DNA of 64,000 nucleotides from Octopus sinensis (lineage: Eukaryota): positions 13,144,001 to 13,208,000 of the forward strand of contig NC_043007.1 in assembly GCF_006345805.1 (NCBI RefSeq), written 5' to 3'. Shown piece by piece: positions 38,621 to 52,497 of the stretch; the first letter of the stretch is position 1; each line of letters opens with the position of its first letter. Made by a program: the position numbers and the translations under genes. The notes under the pieces were generated by a model. That model ran no database searches, was not told where the DNA came from, and worked only from the letters and a program-made list of their open reading frames with translations.

Positions 38621-39984
38621 AATTGGGAAGCCCTCAACCAGTAAGCTAGTGTCCCGTTATGGTCTGTCCTCTTTGATAGCTACATGAGAATTAGGAAACA
38701 TCCGACTAGCAGACTGAGGCCGTAATACTGGTCAATAAGAAACCACCCGGAATATATGGATACTGGTGATAGGTTTCCCTGGGGCGGGGAACATCAGTGA
38801 AGGCAGGAAAACAGCTGCCATAAACGATGAGCTTAAGATAGACAAGGTAGGCATAGCCACACTTCAGTAAACATGTCTGGTGAAATCCGGCACCATGATA
38901 GTGAGAGAGAGGAAGAGATAGTGTGTGTGTGTGTTGTGTGTGTGTGTGTGTGTGTTTTACTACTCCTGGTGGGGAAGAACTCTGACGAGTCCATTGCATA
39001 CGGAGTAAGTTTTGCACTGAGAAACTCCTTGTTTAAGACGGCTGAGCTGGTTAGCAACGATTCGGCATGACTCCCGACACCCTTACTCGACACTGACAAG
39101 GGTCTTCTCATCCATTTCTGTGCCTACATTCCTACGCTGTCCTCCACTCCTGAGACAAAAATGTGTTCTATGAGAATCTCGAAGCCATCATAAGGGACAT
39201 TCAAAACAAACAACTCAGATTATTTTAATATTAGAATGGCTGGAGGGTTAGGGTTAGGGTTAGGTAACTGTTCTTGTTAAATCGTGGCCCTCTTAACAAG
39301 TTCAGTTTGGCCAGATGGAGCACAGTGAGTTCTGCACACATCACCCTTTATGCATCATCAGTTGTAATGCTTTGATAATCAACCCCAGTGGTATACTATT
39401 AAAGGTTTTCTGAAAGCCTAGTTACACTATAGTTAACTTCGTATGGATCTTGTTTTCCCGATATCATGTTGATCAGTATAGCCGTTCTGTACTGCCTTAG
39501 ACACTGTTTTCCTCCCAGCTTATTTAAGTATTATGTTGAATATATCATTATTTGTGGGACAATTACCCTGTAGGAACAGGTTGAGATACATGATGTATAT
39601 GTCTTGTGTTCTAAGAGATTCCTGGGCGGATTTTTAGCTTGAGTTGTTTAACTATGTTTTCAGATTGAGAAAAATGATAGCAGTTGACAACCATTTGGTG
39701 ATCTGACGCAAAGTATTCCTGATGCTTTTTCCAGTGTCATCAAATGAAATTTTGTTGTGTGTGTGTGTGGTGCTATTGAAATTTCAGTTACAAGATAAAT
39801 AACCCAGTATTTGGAACTTCATGTATATTCCTGTATATCCAAACTGAAAATTCCAAGGAGGACTCGTACTTATAGTCCTAGTTTCATTCTATAATTGAAT
39901 AGGACACAGAGAAAGTAAAACAAAGCGAGTTTATTCGGAACATATTTAGTTATTTTATGAACCAATTCTCCTGTTTTATTTTAG

Positions 39985-40028
39985 GATGTTGCCTTGTAAG
40001 AGAAAAATCTCCGTATGCCATGTTTTAA
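39985..40028 (+). CDS. Possible further or terminal exon (phase 1): (G)CCLVREKSPYAMF*
   Basis: Strong acceptor TTCTCCTGTTTTATTTTAG and phase compatible with exon 29577-29654, but short and otherwise unsupported. Confidence 0.3.
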
Positions 40029-40540
40029 AAAGTTTGGATAATATTCTTTAGTCACTCTGTTAAATAAAACCATTTCCTTTTGCCAAATACCATTCCTACA
40101 TTAGCTGTAAATGTTATTAAATCCAGCTGTTTCTGTGCATTATAAATCTTTAGATCTTCAGCGAAGAAATTGTGGATTACACACCTATATTTTTGTTAAC
40201 ATACAACCATTTCATTTTTTTTAAAAGAAATGAGAATGGATTCAGTGTCAAAGTAAATAGGAACACAGACTAACCGTCTCCTTAGAATATTCGCTTTGAA
40301 TGTTTCTATCGTTCTTGGTTTTAAGAGTTGTCCCATGCGATGAAAAGCCAGTTTAGAATGTCATTATGGCCTTCCATATTCGTTTTCGCTCTACACATAA
40401 AAGACATCCCGCAGAATGATTACATATTGCACCAACAGCCTTCTATTAAATCTCTTCTTGGTGCATTTCCAGCGTGCAGGTCTCCTATATCTTTAGTACG
40501 GGATGGAATCTACTTCGTAAGCTTTAATTCATTTTTGTAC

Positions 40541-40591
<51 letters not shown>

Positions 40592-40594
<3 letters not shown>

Positions 40595-40982
40595 TAGCAG
40601 TATCGCCCAGCGTTGCTCGGGTTTGTTTCGACCCTTTAGAATTGGAATTTTGGAAAAGTAAAAATTTTGCATTATGTAGCTTGTTATTCTCTTTAAGTGA
40701 ACATTCTTGTGGTTGAAATACGCCGAAAAATGGCGACACAGCAGTCAATAAATCGTAAAAAATAGGGATTTTCATAGAAAAAAGCACCTTTTTGATGTAA
40801 ATAATTTTTGGTATTAACATGGTCCGATTTGAATTTTTTCTTCTACGGAAGGAAAGCAAGCCTTCTATCATACTCTCAATTTTGGTCAACTTGCGCTGCA
40901 GGGTCTCGGAGGAGATAGTGTTAGTTGAAGGCTACCAAACCTGCCGTACACAGACAACTTCAGCTTTATATATATAGAGAGA
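40592..40982 (+). mobile_element. HINE-like element (most complete copy)
   Basis: ACTAGCAGTATCGCCCAGCGTTGCTCGGG ... ACAGACAACTTCAGCTTTATATATATAGAG; follows (AT)n. Confidence 0.7.
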
Positions 40983-41222
40983 TTTTACTTGTTTCAGTCA
41001 ACGGTGTGCGGCCATGCATGGGCACCGCCTTGGAGGGGTTAAGTCGAGTAAATCTATTCCGGTATTATTTTTATTTTCTTAAAGTCTTGTAATTATTCTA
41101 TTTGTTTTTTTGCCAAGCCACCAAGTTACGTGAACGCAAATAAACCAGCGCCAGTTGTCAAGCACTGGCGAGGGCAAACACAAAGATACACACAAACACA
41201 CACACACACACACACACACATT

Positions 41223-41412
41223 CTTTACTCTTTTACTCTTTTACTCGTTTCAGTCATTTGACTGCGGCCATGCTGGAGCACCGCCTTTAGTCGAGCAAAT
41301 CGACCCCGGGACTTATTCTATCGGTCTCTTTTGCCGAACCGCTAAGTAACGAGGACGTAAACACACCAGCAATGCTAGAAGGACAAACACAGACACACAA
41401 ACATATACATAC

Positions 41413-41504
<92 letters not shown>

Positions 41505-41667
41505 GACAGGCTTCTTTCAGTTTCCGTCTACCAAATCCACTCACAAGGCATTGGTTGGCCCGAGGCTATAGCAGAAGACACTTGCCCAAGATGCCACGCA
41601 GTGGGACTGAACCCAGAACCATGTGGTTGGTAGGCAAGCTACTTACCACACAGCCACTCCTGCGCCT
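41223..41667 (-). mobile_element. SINE family B, full length with expanded internal (AT)n
   Basis: Consensus match. Confidence 0.9.
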
Positions 41668-42200
41668 ATACGGCGTTCAACTATCAAACTAGTGTCCAGT
41701 TAGTCACGAAAATACTCTGGTTGAGTTCAGTGGAAAATGTGCGTTATAGCAAAATCCAACTGTTCTAATCGGGTTAATAGGGGTGGCAAATGTGAAATTT
41801 AGTGTAAAGTGAATGGAGAGCTGCTCCCCGATGATGCTATAAGTGTTGCTAATTTGCATAATTTATTAGAAAATGTAAATGAGTGTAGTTTCCTAATTTT
41901 TTGACTGATTTCAAAATGTGGGTGTTGATCTGGAAACATCGTGACCAATATGGCGTTGTGTCGTATTGCACCTTCCTTGGGTACATGAGTACATGTAGTA
42001 TCACTAATCTCAGTCTGAGCATAGGTACCTAAAGTTAGCTTCATACAGAGATGGTGCTCAATTGATCTATGAGGATGGTAGGGGTGAATGTGGTGCTTAT
42101 GTGAAGCCTGCTATGCTGTACTCACAGAGTGGCATGCACCATTCTATGCTTGACTGGCCGTACTGTTGTAGTACACAGTATGTGTACTACATTTCCCCAA

Positions 42201-42246
42201 GACACCTGATGAAGTCTCGAGGGTATATCAGCCGAAACGTTGTGTT
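42201..42246 (+). ncRNA. Minimal type I hammerhead ribozyme-like motif (PLE tail)
   Basis: GACAC-CUGAUGA-A-GUCUC[10 nt]CAGCC-GAAA-CG-UU-GUGUU: 5-bp stem I; stem II has 2 mismatches (decayed). Confidence 0.55.
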
Positions 42247-42276
42247 AACAACAAACAAGATGAGGACAAATATCTA

Positions 42277-42500
42277 TTTCTATACTACCCACAAGGGGCT
42301 AAACACAGAGAGGACAAACAAGGACAGACGAACGGATTAAGTCGATTATGTCGACCCCAGTGCGTAACTGGTACTTATTTAATCGACCCCGAAAGGATGA
42401 AAGGCAAAGTCGACCTCGGCGGAATTTGAACTCAGAACGTAGCGGGCAGACGAAATACCGCTTAGCATTTCGCCCGGCGTGCAAACGTTTCTGCCAGCTC
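42277..42500 (-). mobile_element. SINE family A inserted into a PLE tail
   Basis: Interrupts ..GATGAGGACAAATATC / GTCAAATGTAA.. Confidence 0.85.
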
Positions 42501-42567
42501 GTCAAATGTAAGTAATGTAAATAATGTGCATAATTCCTCATCTCTTAAATATAGAACTGTAAATTAA

Positions 42568-42770
42568 AAACATTCCGGGCCGAATCCGGACTTGCAATCA
42601 TGAAATTTTGGATTCTTATGTTTTCATTACTGCAATTGTTTACAGTGATTTTTCCACATGATTTTTTTGCGACGAATATGATCATCATTGGGGATATGAC
42701 TCTGGAGGAAGCAATTGTAACAAATTCTCCAAAACAAGTCAGAGATCTGTTTGCAGATCTTCTCAATCAG
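42568..42770 (+). mobile_element. Helitron RepHel fragment
   Basis: DEYDHHW/DMTLEEAIVTNSPKQVRDLFADLL (frameshift in the G4 run at 42690) matches the RepHel HW..TL.EA....P.QLR.LFA.LL segment. Confidence 0.65.
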
Positions 42771-42845
42771 GGTCAGTTGCTTAAAAGCTATATACGAGCT
42801 TAAAAGCCACCATATCGGGCGGCTTTTAAGCTGCTTCTCTCTCTC

Positions 42846-42948
<103 letters not shown>

Positions 42949-43414
42949 GTGTGTGTGTGCGTGTGTGTATAAACATTTGTGTATGTGTATATAAGCGTGA
43001 GTCTGTGTATATGCCTGTGACTGTGTTCGTACTTCACTCATCATTACTTGGTAACTGGTCTTGGTTTGTTTACGTCCTCGTAACTTAGCGGGTCGGCAAA
43101 AGAGTCGAAAAGAATAAGCACCAGGCTTTAAAAAGAAAAAGTAGAAAAAAAAACCGGGGTCAGTTTTGTGCGACTAAAACCCTTCAAGATGGTGTTCTAT
43201 CATGGCCGCAGTCCAATGAATGAGACAAGTAAAAGATGAAAGAAAACATGGTTGCCTCAGAATGGACAATAACCTGCCAAAACCGGAACCCATCATGGAC
43301 TGGAGACTGACGCTGTGTGTGAGAGAGAACGAAAGAATGGTGGGGGAGGAGGATGCGTATGCAACAGGGACAAAAAAATATACAAAAGTGTGTGTTTGTG
43401 TGCAAATGTGTATG

Positions 43415-43451
<37 letters not shown>

Positions 43452-43543
43452 TTATAAATAAGGATAATATCGATATTTAAATATCGATATTATCAAGTGG
43501 CCAGCATGGGAAAGAATACCGTATAAAGGTAATAGTTTTTTAC

Positions 43544-43804
43544 AACTAAAAATAAGGGTGTCTGAGAGACACCACCATGCCGAAATAGCAGTCAAAACCC
43601 TGACTTTAACAACCACGTTAAATGTTCATATCGTACCATGAGATAAGACAGAGGGACAAAATAGACTAATATTTTTTCCTAGTCTATTTTGTCCCTCTAT
43701 CTTATCTCATGGTACGATATGAACATTTAACGTGGTTGTTAAAGTCAGGGTTTTGACTGCTATTTCGGCATGGTGGTGTCTCTCAGACACACTTATTTTT
43801 AGTT
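43544..43804. repeat. Inverted repeat, 125-bp arms (123/125), 11-bp spacer
   Basis: 43544-43668 vs 43680-43804. Confidence 0.97.
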
Positions 43805-44049
43805 ATATATATATATATTTATGTATGTGTGTGTGTGTGTGTATGTGTGCATGTGTGTGTTTTCGCGCCAAAAGAATGTTCCTTTAGTCTCGGTTATGTT
43901 TTCAGTGAATATAAAAGGAGCAAGTGTTTCTGGTGTTGTGAAGCGCAAGCGCAGACACCATATGTTGTCTTAAAAAGATAAAGTTCAGCTAAACAAAACA
44001 AACCTTTAAAAAAAATGGAAAACATTTCTGACCGGCCATGATAAGTATA

Positions 44050-44110
<61 letters not shown>

Positions 44111-44509
44111 CCGTGTATATTTCCTCAAAGTCTATTTTCTACGGTTCATACTTGTATTTGAAAAAGGTAGAACGAGGTATGTTAGAGATATATAAGTATT
44201 TATTTAATGTAAAGCGTGTATTTATTTAATCCTTTGGTACGGCAAAATTATTAAACGAATATTGTATAGAAGATAAGATAGCAAGCAAAAAAAAAAAAAA
44301 AGAAAGAACGGAAAAAGAAAAAAAAACAAAACAGAGAACCACTGATTTAGTAGAATTCTTTAGCTTTATGGTAAATGTTCTGGTTAACTTATGTGATAAA
44401 GTTTTCTCTCTGTCTGTCTGTCCGTCTGTCCGTCTCTCTCTCTCTCTTCCTCTCTCTCCATTCTCTCTCTGCATGTGTGCGAATATGTTTATATATGGTT
44501 GTTTATATA

Positions 44510-44725
44510 CTCTTTTTACTCTTTTTCTTGTTTCAGTCATTTGACTGCGGCCATGCTGGAGCACCACCTTTAGTCGAGCAAATCGACACCGGGACTTATT
44601 CTTTGTAAGCCCAGTACTTATTCTATCGGTCTCTTTTGCCGAACCGCTAAGTGACGGGGACGTAAACACACCAGCATCGGTTGTCAAGCAATGCTAGAGG
44701 GACAAACACAGACACACAAACATAT

Positions 44726-44756
<31 letters not shown>

Positions 44757-44903
44757 CATATATACGACAGGCTTCTTTCAGTTTCCGTCTACCAAATCCA
44801 CTCACAAGGCATTGGTCGGCCCGAGGCTATAGCAGAAGACACTTGCCCAAGATGCCACGCAGTGGGACTGAACCCGGAACCATGTGGTTGGTTAGCAAGC
44901 TAC
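44510..44903 (-). mobile_element. SINE family B, near full length
   Basis: Consensus match. Confidence 0.88.
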
Positions 44904-45009
44904 ATATGTATGTGTGTATCGATCTATCTGTCTATAAATATGTAATCATATGCAAACGTGTGTGTGTTGTGCATGTGAGTGTATAGTATTATATGAATAA
45001 TAATAAGCC

Positions 45010-45410
45010 TTTCTGCTGGAGGCACAAGGCCTGAAATTTTGGGGGAGGGGGGGGGCCAGTCGATTAGATCGACCCCAGCACGCAACTGGTGCTTAATTTA
45101 TCGCCCCCGAAAGGATGAAAGGCAAAGTCGAACTCGGCGGAATTTGAACTCAGAACGTAGCGGCAGACGAAATACCTATTTCTTTACTGCCTACAAGGGG
45201 CTAAACACATAGAGGACAAACAAGGACAGACAAACGGGTTAAGTCGATTACACCGACCCCAGTGCGTAACTGCTACTTAATTTATCGCCCCCGAAAGGAT
45301 GAAAGGCAATGTCGACCTCGGCGGGATTTGAACTCAGAACATAGCGGCAGACGAAATACTGCTAAGCATTTCGCCCGGCGTGCTAACGTTTCAGCCAGCT
45401 CGCCGCCTTA
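45010..45410 (-). mobile_element. SINE family A dimer carrying both tail types
   Basis: Unit 1 has the Tx1-like tail; unit 2 has the alternative tail ending (ATT)n. Confidence 0.85.
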
Positions 45411-46419
45411 AAAAATTGTCGTCGTCGTCGTCGTCATCGTCATCATCATCATCATCAGCATCATCATCATCGTCGTCGTTGTTGTTGTTATTATTATTAT
45501 CATTATATTTATCCTACGTTATATCTGCACAGCTCGGTGCGATCCCATAAAACTGGTGTTGCGAGTTGGAATCACTAGGCCGTAGCCGACATAATAACAT
45601 AGAAGCTAAAATATTTTACTAGCCTTTCTATATTCCCTGCTGTCTTCTCAGAAGTCACTGAAGAAGTAAGCAGTTGGCAGGGGTCAAAGTATCATGGAAA
45701 TTCAAGTGCCACACAAGGATCTTGCCGTTTTTATAAAGAAAAATCGACATTCCGTTACCGTATTTCTCGACAGTCACTGATACGCAGATTTCCCAACGGA
45801 GAAATAATTATTGTACCTGTCTAACATTTAACATCAAAGTAACAGACATTTCTATTGAGTTTATACATTGAATACTATGCACACAAACACACACACACGC
45901 ACGCGCGCAAATACATACATACATACATACATACATATACGTACACACACACACACAAACACACATATACATATACCTATATGGCCGTTATCCGTGCAAC
46001 ATCGATATTCCTCCCTGTGTTTGTGAAATCTCCTATCCCTGCCGTAAAGCTTCATTTCCACACACACCAGCTTAATTTAATTCGTCCTTAGTCGAAAGAC
46101 ACCTGTTGTTTTGTCCTGTTATAATTTTTATTGTATTTTTATTGTATTTGTGTAGCATTGTCTATTTTCTTCTGTCCTTGTTTTTGTATACATTCGCTGC
46201 TTTCTTCCAAGGAACCTTAGGCTCTTGGCTTAGTCTTTCCATGGAGCTGGCCAGATTGGAGCAATCTCAAGTATAATCAGCCGAAATTGCGAAGATAATT
46301 TGGAACTCCTTGTTTTCTTTGTATCGTCTATCTGGATGATTTGTTGTCCCATTTTTGTATCACCTAACTGTCTGGATGTTTTGCGTTCTTGTCCCATTTT
46401 GTATTATATATATATATAT

Positions 46420-46990
46420 ATATATAATTTTAATCCAAACGGGAAAACAGAAAAAACAACAACACGTGGAACAATTACAGTATTATTATTAATAGGCGCT
46501 CAGGAAAGATGGAAGCAGGAAGGTATGACGTTTCGAGCGGAGCTCTTCGTCGGAAACATAAAGATGGAAGAGAGAGGAAAGAAAGATCCCGAGGCGGGCA
46601 AACAGAGGGAGAAAAAAAAACGACTGGTGTTTACGAAGTACACATGGTGAAATGCGGAAGTTTACGATAACAAGAGCAAAGTAGGTTTTTAAAGCCAAAA
46701 GTGTGGAGACAGGGTTGGTAACGCAACAGATGTGTGTGTATGTGTGAGTGTGTGCGTGTGCGTGTGTGTATGTGTGTGTGAGGCGAGATAAAAAAACAAA
46801 AAATATATGTATATGTTAGTGTGTGTGTCTGTGTGTAGGCGTGTGAGGTAGGGCACGTACACACACATACACACACAGACACGTATGTAATAATAGATCT
46901 TGGGGAAGAAGTGGATGAGAGAGGTTCATGGTGTATGGACGACAAGGTCGGTAACCGTGATTAGGAGGAAAGTGGAGAAGAGCCGAATTG
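46420..46990 (-). mobile_element. PLE-like tail
   Basis: Abuts (AT)n and carries a hammerhead-like motif at 46523. Confidence 0.5.
46523..46557 (-). ncRNA. Minimal type I hammerhead ribozyme-like motif, variant core
   Basis: GUUU-CCGACGA-A-GAGC(UCC)GCUC-GAAA-CG-UC-AUAC: stem II 4 bp, stem I 3/4, GUC site. Confidence 0.55.
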
Positions 46991-48477
46991 GTGTGATGGT
47001 CATATATTTGAGTTATTGATTGCGAGAGGCATGGTCAGAGATCAATTTATAGGAGAAACATGTATAGGGAGTAGCCGAAAGGTTTGGGCTTTGTAGAGCT
47101 TAAATCGTTACACCACCTCGAAATCATCTTTCCCTACCAGTTCGTCGACGATGTATTAATGTCAGAGGCGGGATATGAACTTAGAATGTAGAGGTACGTG
47201 ATTAAATACCACCAAAATACCGATTATGGTATATATGCATTCGCTCGAGAGAAAAATGAAATAACGCATGTGAAGATCGAACTCACAATCTTTGTATTTT
47301 CTGCAATTTATTGGGACACTTACGTACTTCTTACTGTGCTTACACGAATAACATGTGGTTTTTAAAGTATTTTTCCTCTGCAATAGTCATTCTGTTTTGC
47401 TTTTTTTTGTGTTTTTTTTTTTTTTTAATTCATTTTTGGTTCAAGTGATGTCAAGAAAGAACCCGACAAATATTTTAAATTTGAACACAGCTAACATTAC
47501 AGGATTTTAGAGTTGTTTTTGAGCAGATGTCTTTGGTTGATCTGATCTTGGAACTGGTATTTTAGCTCTTAAAACATCTGCCAACTGCATCAGTCAGTCA
47601 TCTGCACCATCCTTTGATATTAATCTTCGACTCTTGAGAAATACTGAAGAAACTCTGCTACTGCTGCTGCCGCTGCTGATGTCTGTTATCGAAGACACAG
47701 CCGCCAGATAGCACTCGTGGGATTATCAACTGCCGTGTCCCCAGCTAGATCTGTTACGGTTAACTTAAACTTGAGACCCTACCGTTACAGCTGCAGCCTT
47801 TTAACAATGCATACGGCTGCTCACACATAACTACATCCAGAGTGCATACATATACATAATCACATTTACACACACATCAGCAAGTGTTTTTGCTTATATA
47901 CTTAATCCCACCACACACACACACACTGTCTGTCTGTCTGTCTGTCTGTATCTCTCCCGAAAGAGGTAGTATGGAAGACGAGAGTGAAAGGAATTGCAAC
48001 AAGCATGTTCATCTCCAGTTTCGAGCTAATCGACTTTTTCGTTTTCCACATGAAACGGAAAATAAGGCTGGAGGAGAAGAAATGCCTGTCGCAAAGTGTG
48101 TTTCGTAAAAGATGGAAGTCTATAAAGCAAGTATGTTGCGAGTGAAAGAACCTGTTTAAACGAGAATATAAAAAAAAGGAGAAAGCAAAGTCTTCAGTGT
48201 GAGTATGTGGTTTGTGGGGTCGACCGTATCCTCTGCTTCATTTTTTGTTAATCACTCATTCTCATTTAATTGTTTGTTTATTCATACGTTTCGTCTCATT
48301 CGATACCCTGACCCCAATGTTTGTTTTGTCTGTCCTCGTATCGTCCCCTCTTTTTCCCAACCTTATGGTGAATAAAGAAATACTCTCTCCTTCTCTCTTT
48401 CTCTCTCTCTCTCTCTCTCTTTTATCTATCTATCTATCTATCTGTCTTTTCACGTGACTGAAACCTCATATTATATA

Positions 48478-48709
48478 TTTCTTTACTACCCACAAGGGGC
48501 TAAACACAGAGGGGACAAACAAGGACAGGCAAACGGGTTAAGTCGATTACATCGACCCCAGTGCGTAACTGGTACTTAATTTTTTCGACCCCGAAAGGAT
48601 GAAAGGCAAAGTCGACCTCGACGGAATTTGAACTCAGAACGCAGCGGCGGACGAAATACCGCAAAGCATTTCGCCCGGCGTGCTAACGCTTCTGCCAGCT
48701 CGCCGCCTT
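48478..48709 (-). mobile_element. SINE family A, full length with 17-bp TSD
   Basis: AAACCTCATATTATATA at 48461-48477 and 48711-48727. Confidence 0.92.
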
Positions 48710-49545
48710 AAAACCTCATATTATATATACTTGGCCTGACGAGTATATTCACAAAAATCACACACCCGCGCTCGATATTTATTCATTTATAGCCGTGAAA
48801 ATTATCATTCTTACCTGACATATTTAATACCTTTCAGCTGGTTTAATTTTGACACCCAGCTTTAAGACGATACATCCAACTTTATCACTTCGAGAATCAC
48901 AATGATCTGTCGAGATAAATGTAAATATCCAAATAGCCTTACATGAGAATTCAGTCGTTAGATATCGCCATAGTTAGTATGAACGGACATTTTGGCACTT
49001 TTTCGTCATTACGCCTCATTTTGTTGCTTAACGCATCACAAGAACACACTGCACATTATTGCATATTATTGCTGTTAAAATTGGCAACCAGAAATTTCTC
49101 TTTCCTCGATCTGCTGCCAGGATTATCAATGACTAAAAAAACAAGTCACTGAACCGGATAACAACGTGCAACATTGTATTTCCATGGGCTGAAGTTACGA
49201 GTTAAATTGAGTTAATACGCGGTGTAATGGCGTAGAAATACTGAATTTCATCGTTGGATGGAACGGATGCAGGCATGATCGTATGCTTAAGAAGTTCGCC
49301 ATGCAATAAGGTGGTTCCAGGTTCGATGCCACTGCGTGGAATCTTAGTAAAAGCAAGTGCATTTTTGCTATAGCTTCGATTCTACTCAAGCTTTGTCAGA
49401 GAGGTTGGGCGGGTGGGAATGTGTGGGAACCCCTGCGATCGACTATATCTCTTCATGGCTTGTATAAGTAAATTTGTCACCCTATTCTACAGCAACACTT
49501 GACTAACGGTTGTCTTGTATTTGTCGCACTCTTTTAAACAAAATC

Positions 49546-49596
<51 letters not shown>

Positions 49597-49598
<2 letters not shown>

Positions 49599-49978
49599 TT
49601 TTATGCCTTTACTTGTTTCAGTCATTTGACTGCGACCATGCTGGAGCACTGCCTTTAGTTGAACAAATCGATCCCACGACTTATTCTTTGTAAGCCTAGT
49701 ACTTATTCTATCGGTCTCTTTTGCCGAACTGCTATGTTACGGAGACGTATAAACACCATCATCGGCCTCCAAGTGATGGTTGGGGGACAAACACACACAT
49801 ATATATATATATATATATGGGCTTCTTTCAGTTTCCGTCTACCAGATCCACTCACAAGGCTTTGGCCGGCTCAAGGCTACAGTAGAAGACACTTGCTCAA
49901 GGTATCACGCAGTGGGACTGAACCTGGAGCCGTGTGGTTGGGAAGCAAGCTTCTTACCACGCAGCCACTCCTGCGCCT
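49597..49978 (-). mobile_element. SINE family B, full length; 3' halves also at about 43040-43240 and 50140-50490 (+)
   Basis: Consensus match. Confidence 0.85.
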
Positions 49979-50435
49979 GATATGCATTGGCTGAAGATGG
50001 TGATCCACCTTCGTGGGGTTCTCTGAAACTCAGAGTACCATTTTATGACCACAGTTTATTGTATATCCCGATATTATAATAACTAATTAAACTATATTCC
50101 ATTTGATATATTCAGGTCTCATTCAACTATAAGTGTGTGTGTGTGTGTGTTTGTGTGTGTGTTTGTCCCCCCAACATCGCTTGACAACCGATGCTGGCGT
50201 GTTTACGTCCCCGTAACTTAGTAGTTCGGCCTAATAAACCGATAGAATAAGTACTAGGTTTACAAAGAATAAGTCCTGGGTTCGATTTGCTCGACTAAAG
50301 GCGGTGCTCCAGCATGGCCGCAGTCAAATGACTGAAACAAGTAAAAGAGTAAAAGAGAGTAAGAGAGTAATAGAATAAATGCCTCACTAAAAAAAAAAGT
50401 CCTGAGCTCGAGTTTTTCGATTAAAAACCCCTTCA

Positions 50436-50582
<147 letters not shown>

Positions 50583-50641
50583 TCAGTTTTGGTATTCTGA
50601 TTATGAAACTTTTACCAAAATATTCTGATCATGAAAGTTTT

Positions 50642-51073
50642 GGATCTTTTCGGTTTGAACGGCAGTTTTTTCTAGCGGTGTCATATGAAATTGTCACCCA
50701 TAATTATGACCCTAGTATCGATCTATTGCATTTCAATCTGTTTTAGAGTTAGGGTTAGTTAGGGTTAAGGGTTAGGGGTGGGGGAAGGGTATCTTTTTTT
50801 CTTCACACATGTAAATAAACCCAATCTGTTTCTTAAACGAGGGACATATTCATACGGCACAGAATGTTTTTTTTTTACCTCAATGGAAGTCACTGATTGG
50901 TTGAAATTGCAGAAATTGAACAAAAAAACAATGTCTTACAAACTATAGAATTTTCTCAATAAAGCCAAGAGAAAAAGATGTTTTATAAACACATTCTACC
51001 AGTATACGAAGTTTAAAATTTTTTAGTTACCTAGAAATTATGTTAAAAACTGCCGTTCAAACCGAAAAGATCC
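50642..51073. mobile_element. Same MITE family, copy 2
   Basis: Same TIRs and body; TSD AAGTTTT (7-8 bp); internal TTAGGG-like repeats at 50743-50776. Confidence 0.85.
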
Positions 51074-51231
51074 AAGTTTTTCCCCCAAATATCATTAATA
51101 TTTATGAATAAATTAGAATTTCTATCTCAAGCGAGTTCTGTCTGCTTCATGCGCATGGCTGTTGTATACTTGCATACTCCGTTTATACTTCTCTCTCTCT
51201 GCACACACACACACACATATAGATATATATA

Positions 51232-51288
<57 letters not shown>

Positions 51289-51875
51289 GTGTGTGGGTGG
51301 TGTGGGTGTATGTATACGCATATATATAGTGTACGGGCGTTTGTTTGCACAGATTTCTGTAATGTGTCTCTTTCTTCTCTCATTCAAAATGTTCGGGGGA
51401 TTTACAAGAGTATCTAGACTTTTTTTTTTTCGTTCCTTCCTCTTTTTCTTTGCTTATAAGTATGTGAATGTATCTGCTTACATGTTAAACAAATAAATAA
51501 ATCCAGTCTAATAAAAGTTATTCATTTTAAGAAGATTAAGTCAAAGGTTAAGAAAATACTGCTTTCTCTCACGTTGTTGACATAAAATACTTATGTCAGT
51601 GAGTTAAATGTCTATTTTGGTGGCAGCTGGGTATCACGGATGGATGGGTTCCCTCTATCTTGTCTGTGATTTCATTTTTTTTTCTTATTCGGTTATCTAG
51701 TTTCAGAATTTTAATTTAAACCGATATGTTATTGTTGCTGCCGTACTGCGCTGCTCCTTCTCTGCTACACAAGATTCAAGCTTTCTCTACAAAAGCTCAT
51801 TCAAATACAAGCGGATTTATTTTATCTATCTGTGATTCTCTGTTTGTTTGTCTCTTCCATCTGCATGAATATCTG

Positions 51876-51918
<43 letters not shown>

Positions 51919-52111
51919 CGCTCTCCCGCCTTTTCTTTTTGTATCTATCTATCGTTCTTTCTCTCTGCATGTTGACGTCATAAGAATTTACAAACTTCCA
52001 GAAGAACATTGTTCTGGTTTTCGAACGGTGAAACTCGAAGCAGACAACAATGTAAATAATGGGTTAAAAAACTCTTTGCATGTTGCATGTATGTGTACAT
52101 ACACACGCGGA

Positions 52112-52497
52112 GGAGGCGCAATGGCCCAGTGGTTAGGGCAGCGGACTCGCGGTTGTAAGAATGCGGTTTCGATTCCCAGACCGGGCGTTGTGAGTGTTTA
52201 TTGAGCGAAAACACCTAAAGCTCCTCGAGGCTCCGGCAGGGGATGGTGATGATCCCTGCTGTACTCTTTCACCACAACCTTCTCTCACTCTTACTTCCTG
52301 TTTCTGCTGTACCTGTATTTCAAAGGGCCGGCCTTGTCACTCTCTGTGTCACGCTGAATATCCCCGAGAACTACGTTAAGGGTACACGTGTCTGCGGAGT
52401 GCTCAGCCACTTACACGTTAATTTCACGAGCAGGTTGTTCCGTTGATTCGAATCAACCGGAACCCTCATCGTCGTCACCGACGGAGTGCTTCCTCCC
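52112..52497 (+). mobile_element. SINE family C, full length with 12-bp TSD
   Basis: TSD CATACACACGCG. Confidence 0.9.

Larger units (their letters stand above)
41700..42565 (+). mobile_element. PLE-like element interrupted by a SINE
   Basis: Hammerhead-like motif at 42201; the tail resumes at about 42500. Confidence 0.5.

Noticed and set aside
39245-39264. (TTAGGG)3 interstitial telomere-like run
   Set aside because: Too short to mean anything alone in such a microsatellite-rich genome.
47141-47193. AG..GT-bounded segment (FVDDVLMSEAGYELRM*)
   Set aside because: All three frames contain stops before the good donor.
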